Of a stretch of DNA of 64,000 nt, positions 11,626-21,909 are shown piece after piece. Below the pieces are notes generated by a model. That model was not told the origin of the DNA. It searched no databases and saw only the letters and a program-made list of their open reading frames with translations. Source of the stretch: Takakia lepidozioides. Its lineage: Eukaryota; Plantae; Bryophyta. Both the position numbers and the translations under genes were made by a program. The first letter of the stretch is position 1, and each line of letters begins with the position of its first letter. The stretch is taken from positions 25,048,001-25,112,000 of the forward strand of contig CM060732.1 in assembly GCA_030704615.1 (NCBI GenBank), written 5' to 3'.

Positions 11626-13369
11626 GCGGCAAAGGGGAATTCAAAGCTTGGCCGGGTACACCATGCCCCCAGCACCCTGCCAATGTTGCTGTGGGTTGCC
11701 TCCAACATCTTGGCAGCGGCCAACTTCATATCCGCCTCCGACATGACGTCTGCTGCAGAGGGGTTTTCCGGCAGCCCACCAGGACCGCCAAATCCAGCCT
11801 GTATGCTCCGGGTTTGGGGCCTGGGGATGTCCGGGAGGATGTCATCCTGGTCAGAAAGCTCCCTGTTGTCCTCCTCAACAGGGTCAGCCACCTGCGAAAC
11901 CACCTCCAGCACTCTCCCCGTCTCTACTGCCCTCTCCCTGGCTTCACCTCGAACTTGCACAATCCGTGCTCTTTCTGGTGTTCTTTCCTCTCCTCCACTC
12001 TCCACCGTATGGGTAATTGCAGGGGCTGCTCTTGCCCGCGATGATGATCTAACCGGTGTGTTGCTGCCTCTTTGTGGTGTCTTGGAGGGATCCACCGTCT
12101 CTGTGCGTCCCTCACTTACATGGGAATCTGTCAGTTCGGAACCCCTGGCCTCTTCAGTGGCCTTTTCTCTTTCCTCCTGGCTAGCCTTGTGTCTTGCCTG
12201 TTCTTTTGCCATCTCTTTTGCCCTCTCACGGGCTCTGTGTTTCTTATTAGGGCTAGCAGCAGGGGAGCCCGGATGGACGACCACCTTTGAGGTAGGCGAA
12301 CTGACACCCTCGCGTGCACTGCGAACTCCCCCTCCGCAGCCGTGACGGCTCTCGCGCCAAGGATTGCCACGCTTGGCTTTCTTCTTCTTCTTTGCTTGGA
12401 CGGGCCCTACTGCTTCTGCATCAACAACCTCCATTGTCGGATCTGCTGTTCTCACTTCCTCACGCCCTTCACCTGCCATGAGGCCTGCACCAAACTCCCC
12501 AATGCCTATTCTGTCGTACTCTCGCTGCAGTCCTCCCGTCCACCAACAAAAGGTTGAAGTTTGCCCTCTCGCTCCAAGGTGGGCGGTTCAAACATGCGAT
12601 GAGTTGCAGCAGTCGATGATACCACCAGCGTGCCGGGCTCGTCGTCACTCTGTCATTCCCAAAATCGTGAGAACCAACATCGTGCCAAAACCAGCATCGC
12701 AACCACCATAGCAACAATCGTGTAACAAAAAATGAAAACATAACAAGTTTAGGAAGTATGGAGAGCCATGCAACAACAATGAAAAAAATGCAACCATTGC
12801 CTGAGAATGACATGCACAAGCAGCCTTCTCCAGAGCTGCCGGATCTGCACACTCATTGCAAACAATCTAAGGTTCACTCAACTATCTAAGGTTCACTCAT
12901 CCAGCGAAGCCAAGATGAAGATGCAAAAACAAAGCGAGGCAACAAAGCGAAAGCGAAAGCGAAATTGAACAAAGCGACAGCAGAAGTGGCTTGCCTGAGA
13001 GTAGTCGGCTTCAGTTCACGCGGGTTGTGAGCAAGACACTGGAATCTCCTGCTGGAGCTTCAGTTTGGCCATGTGCGAGAGATTGGCCGTCGTCCGTAGT
13101 ACAGAGCTTTCAACTTCCGCCGCGGTCTGGATGTGAGGTCTCTCTCAGGAGAGCCACGCCCTTCAGGCGGCATAAATCCCAGCCAAATGGAAAAAGATCT
13201 CCGTTTTTGGGGTACATGCCTCGAATAGCATGTTAAGCCAGGATTAGCATCAGATTTAGGGTACGTATCCAGGAAGCCATGTGTCGCCAGCCCGAATGAA
13301 AACGGACGGCGGTGGACATTTATTGCCCAACTGCGCAATTAAATGTCGGATGAAGCCCTCCATGTCGGA

Positions 13370-15030
13370 TGAAAAACGACGGAACTCGGCCCGGAATTTC
13401 CAACGTAGAGGTAATTCGGAGCGCTGCAGGATGGAAATCCGGCGCCGGATTTCCATCCTGCAGGTAATTCGGAGCGCAGCAGGATGAAATTCAGCGCGAA
13501 TTTCCATCCTGCAAGAGAGGGCGGCGCGCGCGAAATTTCCTCACGCAGGTAATTCAGAAGTGGATGGATGAAATCCGGCGCCGGATTTCCATCCACGCAG
13601 GTAGGGCGGCGCGCGAAATTTCCCTCACGCAGGTAATTTGGAGGCGGAGGATGGAATCCGGCGTCTGATTTCCATCCGCGCAGGTAGGGCGCGCGCGAAA
13701 TTCCCTCACGCATTAATCGAAGCGGATGGATGGAAATCCGGCGCTGGATTTCCATCCGCGAGGTAGAGTGGCGCGCCCAAATTTCCCCACGAGGTAATTC
13801 GGAGGCGGATGGATGGAAATCCGGCCGCCGAATTTCCATCCTGCAAGTAATTCAAATCCCGGATGGATGGAAATCGGCGCCGAATTTCCATCCAGCAGGT
13901 AAGTCAGATCGCTGGCGTATGGATATTCGGCGCCGAATTTCCATTCGCCAGGTATTTCGAAGCGCTGAATTACCTTCCTGCAGTAATTCTGATCGTGTCC
14001 GATTGATTTTTCGGAGAAAAACAAACTAAACTGTTTGTTTTTGTGGCTGAAATGCTCTTGTAGACACGTTTTTCTTGGAATCCTTGACTGCTAGAGGCAA
14101 ATCGGAACAGCCTCGGACGGAAATTCGGCCGCCGTTTTTCCATTCTGGGAGGTTTTGCGACTTCCTTTGAGGGGGCCCCGATGGAAATTCGGCGCCGAAT
14201 TTCCATCCGGGGATGGTCTCTGTCGGAGAGGTGCCGGCCTCTCCACCGCTCTGTTGGATATTCGGTGCCGAATTTCGTCCGGGGGTTGAAATATGACGGC
14301 CAGGTGCCGGCCTCTCCCCCCTCCCCGACTGCAATGGAACGCCCCGGATGGAAATTCGGCGCCGTTTTTCCATCTGGGGAGGTGAGGTTTTTATGTCGGC
14401 CAGTTTTCGGCCTGACCCCCCGACACGACTTCCTTGGGGGGGGCCGGATGGAAAATTCGGCGCGAATCTCCATCCAGGGGATGCTCTCTGTTGAACACGT
14501 GCCGGCCTCTACTCCCAGGCGACTTCATCCGGGCGTCCCCTGTTGGATATTCGGTGCCGAATTTCCGTCTAGGGGTTGAAATGTGACGGCCAGGTGCCGG
14601 CCTCTCCCCCCTCCCCGACTGCATTGGAATGGCCCCGGATGGAAATTCGGCGCCGTTTTTTCCATCTGGGGAGGTTTTTATGTCGGCCAGTTTTCGGCTT
14701 GACCCCCCGACACGACTTCCTTTGGGGGGGCCCGGATGGAAATTCGGCGCCGAATCTCCATCCAGGGATGTTCTCTGTCGCACCACGCGCCGGCCTCTGC
14801 GCCCGAGGCGACTCATCCGGGCTTTCCCTGTTGTATATTCGGTGCCGAATTTCCGTCTGGGGGTTGTAAGTGAGGGCCAGATGGATCCTTTGGGGGGATC
14901 CGAATGGAAATTCGGCGCTGAATTTCCATCCGGGGGATGTTCTCTGTCGGACAGGTGCCGACATCTCTGCCCCAGACGACTTCATCCGTGCGGCCCCTGT
15001 TGGATATTGGGTGCCGAATTTCCATTCGGG
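13370..15030. repeat. Palindrome array between the divergent genes of MULE-1
   Basis: About 20 copies or variants of GATGGAAATTCGGCGCCGAATTTCCATC (perfect 28-bp palindrome at 14180-14207), with a higher-order period of about 290 bp (14281 vs 14571). Confidence 0.95.
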
Positions 15031-15418
15031 GGTAGTAATGTGACGGCACGGTGTCGGCTTCTCCCCTTCAGCCGACATCATCCGGACGGCCCCCCACTTT
15101 CTGACTGCATAACGTTGGCAGTTATTGTGCAAAGACCAGGGGCCGCATTCCGGAGACAAGGTTCATTAACACTCTGACTGGGATTTTTGAGATGATAGTT
15201 GGCTCCTGGATTTGGATCAGGCTTCGTCGCTCGGACAAATCGGGCACCGCATTCCTTCCCATCGCTTGCATCACCCTTCTACCAGGGAGCTTCCCCGCAC
15301 GCCATCCTGGCAGTCTTGTGTGCACATCTCCCATGGCGGAAACCCGAGCGCTACAGTGTACTGCCCTCCTCACGAGCATAGAGCTTCATTTCCGTGCAGA
15401 GGGGACATCTGCCCGGTG

Positions 15419-18400
15419 ATGGAGAAATATCTGTGCGTTCGATACCACCTGAAACCGGGGTCGGTTTTTTTTGAGGAGGAAAGGAAGGACTCAAACGGCC
15501 TTGTTGTCGAGAGTATTGTTGTGCTCCACGATGATTTCGGCGATGGCAGGGAATGGCGAGTTCCACCATCGGACAACGTCATATACAGGGCTGTTGGGGA
15601 CTTCATTTGCACGCCAATGCACTTTCTATCTTGGCGCCTTCCACGAAACAATCCGCGAATTCAGAGAGTGGCTACCTAAAGAGAGAAGTCCGCAACGAAG
15701 TAAATCCAGAGCCGAACCATCCATGAAGACGAGCGAGAACCGGGTTGTTCACAACCTGTCCGACTCAGACGAGGTCATGGAAGTTCCGAGGTCGTCCTGG
15801 AGATCAGGCAAGTCCTCAATGGACGTAGTGGAGGAGGGAGTCATATTCCCAGCACGAGCACCGCAGTTCGATCTATTCTTGAAATTTTGCGAGGGCTTCA
15901 CCTGGAGGGACACCGGTCGGAGCTGGCCGGGCTGGACTACAACAAGTTCGCAATTAAAATCGGTTACATGCCTTCCCGCCGACGTCGACGGTAATATCTT
16001 CTTTGAGTTCCCTCCTCGAGCGGACTACTCGAGGGCGTCCGGAATGTTGACAGATATGGATAGAAAACATGACGGTCATCCTTGGTACGTTATTAAAAAA
16101 CCACCAGCATGAAGATGCTCGATGGTGTGCGGGTGCGCTACGTTGTTTGTGCGGGCGCGTTGCGGTGTTTCTCCCCAACTTGCTTCCACTTTAAATCCAG
16201 AGGTCACAGGAACGAGACCGATTGGACAGGCACAGCTCATCAACCATTTCGAGCTCAGGAGAAGGTTCCGAACTCCACATTTAAGTGTGCGCATTGCAAA
16301 GAACCACCACACTGCATGTCTGTTTGTAATGCCAAGCAGTTCTATGTGTTGCACCGTTTCCCTGACCTCACCCGAGCTTGCATACACGTTGGTTCCCATT
16401 GTCACAATGGCGAGGGGGAACTCGCGGGAGGCTGCCCACGAGGCAGAGCAGCTCGTTCAGGAGGAGGGTTAAGTTGAGACCGGGTGCCAAACCCAAACAG
16501 ATACAGCTCCAAGCCGCCCATAAGATGGCATTGGCCAGAATTATGTCGGAAGACGGCTCCGATAGAGTTCCTCTCGATGAGAAGGAAATGGAGGCATTGC
16601 TGGAGTCGGTGTCCCACGTATGTTCACCGAATGTCCGAAACCACATTGTCTCATGCAAACAGAAAATTGGGCGTGGCTCGGATATGCACTCCATTCTGGA
16701 GGTGAAGCGACGATGTGGATATGACTACATTCATGGAAGTAGGTTTCCAGGACAAGGGACTGAGGCAGATCGTTGTTCGTATTCAAAATGTCCACGTGTG
16801 GACCTGGCAGCGGCGTCGAACTGGTCGACAGGATGACGAGTGGGGACTTGTCAAACAGTTGGGTCATGTTCGACCATATCAAGCGAATTACAAATCAACA
16901 GTGGGTGACAATGGGTGCACATGTCTACGACACCCTACTGCAGGATGCTAATGACAATTGCTATTTGTGAGATGAAAGGAGAGGACACACAATCGGAGAT
17001 GCTTCTTTGGCAGGAAATAAACGAACAGATGGCCAAGGCGGGATTGCCCCCTCCCAATTTCCGTGGTTTCATGGCGGACAACGCACAAGCAAATGGGGCT
17101 GCCATCCGAAGGGTGTACGGGCAAGACCCCAATGTTCCCATGGAAGGCAAGGAGAGATCTTGTGGGTTCCATTTTCTGCAGAGCCTTTCGCAGTACACAA
17201 CCAGGCTCGTGGCGCCAGATTTCAGAGAGGAGCACCGTTCCATGTGCCTTGCGTGGAAGCGCGCTCCACCTTGGATGATGCAGAGACACAGTTTGCATGT
17301 ATACGGGCTTGGTGGACATCGTCTGGTGCTGTAAGGAAATCAGACGGGGGCAATGTGTCAGTTGGATAACATGGTGGCATATCATTTCCTCCCTTTTCGG
17401 CGACTATATGCGGGAGGTGAGTTGCACGAATTCGCGTCCCGTTGAATATATTCCTTGCTTGTAACTCAACATGTGCTTGTGCAGGAAATGTGTCTCGACT
17501 CCGACACCGACATGCCCACGACAAACATGGCCGAATTATTGCACTCTTCCTGGCGTGCCTCCTCTGGCGGCGCATCTGTGTACATCCTCACTCCACACAA
17601 CGGAGGACATTGTGAGGTCAATTGTGCACATGCAGGTACAACGAGTTCTTGAAGTGAACAGTGGGGCTGGGGCCGGACAGGCAGGAATGCTGATGCGGAT
17701 TCCTCTAGATCGAGAATCCTCGGAAGTGGGCGGCGGCCTTGCAGAGGGCCTTCGGGACACGCCATTGCTGCGAAGAGGCCACATTTGAAAGGAGATGTTC
17801 ATACCCGTCCAGTGAGACGAAGACTTGACAAAGCACCTGGCGGAGAAGATATCATGGCGAGCTGACAAGAAATATTCGCGACGCTCCCTCGTGGTCCGGT
17901 GATGTTGCCCGAGGAGGTCTCGTCGAGCCCGCAAGTCCTGCACGTTCAAGATCGTCATCTCCTTTGAGCACAAGGAGGCGCGTGCCCCGGCAACATAACG
18001 AGCCATCTGTAGTAAAGCAGTACCATTCTCCCTTGTGGAGACAAGAGTGTCGGAGTCACAGTGGAGAATTGCGAGGACATTGCCGGCATTTCGAGGATGC
18101 TGCGTCATCCGGGTGGATACGGAGCACGCTGTGGTGAGATGATTCGGAGGAACCCACACGGTGCTGTACCTGCACCTTGTTTCAATGCGGCAGATTTTTG
18201 ACTCCCACATTTGCTCACGCCACAACGCAGACATTTTGGTTCTGTAGACACGACATAATGATCTATATATTTGGCAAGCCCAAGTACGGGATTCAGGGAA
18301 TGCCGGAGCCTCCGGGCGTCTGGCATGTTGCACCGGGTTGCAGCCTCTCTCAGAATGAGCGGATGCTCTATCTGCAGCAGGATTTCGAATGGTGCAACGC

Positions 18401-18880
18401 ACAGACATCCCGGCCCACGCATTTCCAGTTCCTCAGACCCAGCCATTGCAGACTGCTCGTCCTGTAGAGACGGATTGGACAATTCTGCACATCGCACAAT
18501 GCTTCGGAAGAGTGAAGAGACGACACCCTCCCACAATTTGAATGAGACTCGATTGCCAATGCTCTTGGGATGGCTTGCCTAATTCGAGCTCCGTGGACGT
18601 ACCCCACCCGGCCTTGGGCGTGTGTATCGGATGCAACGGCCGGCTCGGCTGTACGCGACGATGTATACACAATTACGATTGGAGTGGAGCCGACTTGCTT
18701 TGTACGGACTTCTCGTTGATGGAAGCAAAGAAGGGTTCGAAGTATTATCCGTGCAAGCATCTGTATTACATTTACTTGAAGAGGTGAGGATGAACGTGAC
18801 TATTGATTACTTTATTCATGCAATGGCGTTGAGCGTGAACGAGCTGCACAACTCCTCCTTAGGGATTCCAGAAATCATTT
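15419..18880 (+). pseudogene. Mutator-family transposase: GCM/WRKY-like Zn domain, DDE core and SWIM finger (frameshifted)
   Basis: DGHPW...CAGALRC...CAHC...C...HVGSHCH; catalytic core WVMFDH, FMADNAQAN, CGFHF and TTNMAE; SWIM finger C.CTDF...PCKHLYY. Confidence 0.88.
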
Positions 18881-19019
18881 ATGGGGCAAGGGAATCCTCC
18901 ATATGGATATTTCAATTGCATTTTGCTGTATCAGACTTTTTTTTTGCAGTGTAATGAAATGCACCCCAAACTCCTGGAATGAGGCAATATTCCATTCAAA
19001 CTGAGATCCAACAGAAGCA

Positions 19020-19395
19020 GTTGTGGGGGCCATTTCTAGAAAAAATGGCGCCGAATTTCTCTTTTTGGGGCCGAAACTGGCTAAGTCCAACATGCACTGG
19101 GACCTGTGTCTGGGAAAATGGCGCCGAATTTCTCTTTTTTTGGCCGAAACTGGCTAAGTCCCAACATGCACTGGTACAGTGTCTGGAAAAATGGCGCCGA
19201 ATTTCCCTATTTTGCGCCGAAAACTGGCTAAGTCCCGAACATGCACTGGAAAAATGTGCCGAATTACCTGTCATGAGGGGACCTATAGCCGCGGAATTCA
19301 GCACCATTTTTCGCCAGAGAAACCTATTACCGCGAAATACGTCGCCGTTTTTTCAGGTTACAGACCCTATTACCGCGAAATTCGGCGCCATATTT
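19020..19395. repeat. Subterminal repeats of MULE-1 containing GGCGCC and GGCTAAGTCC motifs
   Basis: 3-4 units of about 76 bp: AAAATGGCGCCGAATTTC...CCGAAACTGGCTAAGTCC.AACATGCACTGG. Confidence 0.85.
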
Positions 19396-19625
19396 GCATA
19401 TGTCGCTGGGAATTGGCATGAGCGGAAGAGCAAATATCATGAGCACAACTGTCAAATCTACAATTTTCCCTTCAAGGGGCCGAATAATATATTTTGTTTT
19501 TCCTGATACATTGCATAAATTATTGTTTTTTTATTGTTTTTATTTTCGAAATTTGACTTCTGCTCATGAAACCGATTGTCTTATTACTACTCCGTCATGC
19601 CGCCATGCTCATGAATAGCAACCTC

Positions 19626-20063
19626 ATTCCACTTGGCCGGTGACCATGGTAAATTACAACATCCCTCCGTATCTTTCAATTAAAAAATGTCATATCATGT
19701 TGGATGCCATTGTGTCAGGTGAGTGTACTCATTTCATGTTTATTATTTCCTTAGACTTTACATTAAACTTCTGATCTCTGACGCAATTCGGATGCAAGAT
19801 TGATGAGTGACATAATCATGGAGTAAGACGTGTAATTCATTTTGTAGTATAATTTGCATATTGGTGGAGCATTGAAACAATGATTGAATGTCTCATAGGG
19901 AAAAAACAAGTGGCAAACATGGACACGTACTTGCGACCTCTTGTTGATGAACTTAAGGAGCTATGGAGGGGGATCCCGACATTGGATGCTTCACTTGACC
20001 CTATGGCCGGACAATCTTTTCAGATGAGAGGCATCTTGCTTTGGACAATGCATGATTATCTAG
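19626..20063 (+). pseudogene. CACTA transposase middle exons
   Basis: HSTWPVTMVNYNIPP, then an intron at 19719-19898, then GKKQVANMDTYLRPLVDELKELW...LLWTMHDY. Confidence 0.9.
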
Positions 20064-20075
20064 GTATATTATGTC

Positions 20076-21052
20076 TGTCGAACGGCTTTTACTCACCCAT
20101 CCCTTCGCTATCCGAGGTGGAAACTTCAAGATAGAAGAGTTGGATATCTCTAAGCACTCAGCCCGCTCAGAACAATCAGTCATGACCTGCAGCTAGTGAA
20201 TCATGGTTGTGCTTCCTATTTGTATTCCTTCCTGCCTTCATGTTATCAATTTACCTTACCGTGTATACTGAAGCATCAGATTGCTTCAGTATCTACTAAG
20301 TTCCAATTAATCATGCATTCATTACACAGCTCCTCTCGTGTTTCTCTACACAGTATGTTTGTATCGATTCAATATCGGATTAAGATTAATCATGTATCAT
20401 CTCTATTCTACCCTACTGTATAATTTTACAGCTTGCATGAACTAAGCCTCATTCAAGTCATCATCTCATTTTCACTGTTTCCGCTCCCCGTTACGTCTCT
20501 TCCTCTCCTGAAGAATTCACCCTCCTCAAGAAGTGATCCCATTTCTGTTGCCGCTCTGCCTAATCTACCCGCAAGCTGTTCTAACCACCTAACTAACTAA
20601 CCATCACCCCTGAAGTAACACGTTCCCTCTGCAGATGTCGTTCCCACACAGTCATTCTCTGTCAATGATAACTATTCCCCATGTACTGTGACAGGCTGTG
20701 TCAAGTTGTGCCGAGCTGTGACTAGCTGTACGAAGCTGTGTCGGGCTGTGACTGGCTGTGCAAAAGCTGTGTCAGACTATGTGAAGTTGTATTGGGCTGT
20801 GTAAAGCTGTGTCGGGCTGTGACTGGCTGTGCGAAGCTGTGTCGGGCTGTGTGAAGTTGTGTCGGGCTGTGATTGGCTATGCGAAGCTGTGTCGGGCTGT
20901 GATTGGCTGTGCGAAGCTGTGTCGGGCTGTGTAACCCTCCTAAAGCCTGCTCCTTCCACCCCTAAGGCTCCTGTTGGTCTCAGTCTGCGCAAAAATTAAG
21001 GGTACCCCACAGAACCCGTAAAAACGTCTAAGTCCCAAGCAGCCCTCTAACA
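20076..21052 (-). repeat. 3' LTR with internal GCTGTG tandem repeats
   Basis: Closely matches 32959-33870 and is preceded on the minus strand by the purine tract GAGAGGGGGGAGGGGTAA. Confidence 0.92.
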
Positions 21053-21909
21053 TTACCCCTCCCCCTCTCAAAAAGTCGTGTCCTCACGGTTTACTATTTG
21101 GGATCAGCAAACCTTTGTGAGCGAGCACCCTTCTGTCGGTGAGAGTCTCGTGAAGGACTCCGTGTGCGAGCCCGAGTCCTGTCACTAGCTGATGGACATT
21201 GTTAGAGGACTGTCTGGGACTTAGACACTTATACGGGATCTGTGGGGTACCCTTAATTTTTGCACAGACTGAGACCAACAGGAGCCTTAGGGGTGACAAC
21301 AGCGCACTTTAGGGGGGGTTACACAGCCAGTCACACCCAACACAGCCAAACACAGTCGCACAGCCAGTCACAGCCCGACACAACCAAACACAGTCGCACA
21401 GCCAGTCACAGCCCGACACAGCCGGTCACAGCCAGTCACAGTTTCACACAGCCAGTCACAGCTTGACACAGCTGTCATGACCATAGGGAACGGATGCTCT
21501 ACATTACAATTCTACTACCTGCATTCATTAACCATCAACAGATCCTCCTCCTACTCCGTGCTCTCCCTCTTTCTGCTCAGAGATACGCTCTCTCCTCCTT
21601 TTCTCCAGTGATGTCCGAAGTCTTCCCCAAGAAGTGCTTCTCCCACTCCTTCTAGCAGTGATCCCCCCCCCCCCCCCCCGAAGTGAACCAAGAATCCCCT
21701 TTCAGTCCTTGCTCCTAGCTTTATCTTCCTACCTGTTGTTCTAACCGTTTCCCTCACTAACCGTCGTCCGTGAACTAACACGTTCCATTCGCAGGTGTTG
21801 TTCCCCACAGTCGTTCCCTGTCACTCCATGGCTTCAGCCTGATACTTGATAGATATTAATCTGATACACACCTCATACTCACACTGTGTAGAGAGATCTG
21901 AGTGAAGCT

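Larger units (their letters stand above)
6691..12479 (-). pseudogene. Multi-exon cargo gene: disordered N-terminus, ParB/Srx-like domain, helical region, beta-class amino-DNA-methyltransferase-like domain and acidic tail (many frameshifts)
   Basis: ORF pieces at 11604-12479, 11383-11625, 11142-11393, 10875-11117, 7941-8210, 7182-7619 and 6691-7011; GT-AG intron at 7480-7564; C-terminal part homologous to 35430-36620. Confidence 0.8.
6471..19625. mobile_element. Mutator-like element MULE-1 (13.2 kb) with transposase and ParB-methyltransferase cargo gene
   Basis: 10-bp TSD ATTCCACTTG (6461-6470 and 19626-19635); TIRs GGGGTTGCTATTTCATGAGC and GCTCATGAATAGCAACCTC; subterminal CATGAGC repeats. 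Removing the element restores CACTA codons CSHSTWPVTM. Confidence 0.93.

Noticed and set aside
11295-12345. Long plus-strand ORFs of 249 and 220 aa
   Set aside because: They are antisense shadows of the GC-rich cargo gene and have no motifs.
6691-12479. Bacterial or phage contamination explaining the ParB-MTase gene
   Set aside because: The gene has GT-AG introns and lies between TIRs with a TSD that splits a plant CACTA gene in frame.
13370-15030. CRISPR array (palindromic repeats of about 28 bp with spacers; also 37755-39240)
   Set aside because: The spacers are irregular and themselves repeated, the repeats are degenerate, there are no cas genes, and the context is a eukaryotic transposon.
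13256-15177. Many ORFs with MEIRRRISI or WKFGAEF repeats (also MNFGAEIH at 38336-38680)
   Set aside because: They are translations of the palindromic DNA repeat on both strands, not proteins.
17536-18408. 290-aa minus-strand ORF
   Set aside because: It is antisense to the MULE transposase and has no recognisable features.
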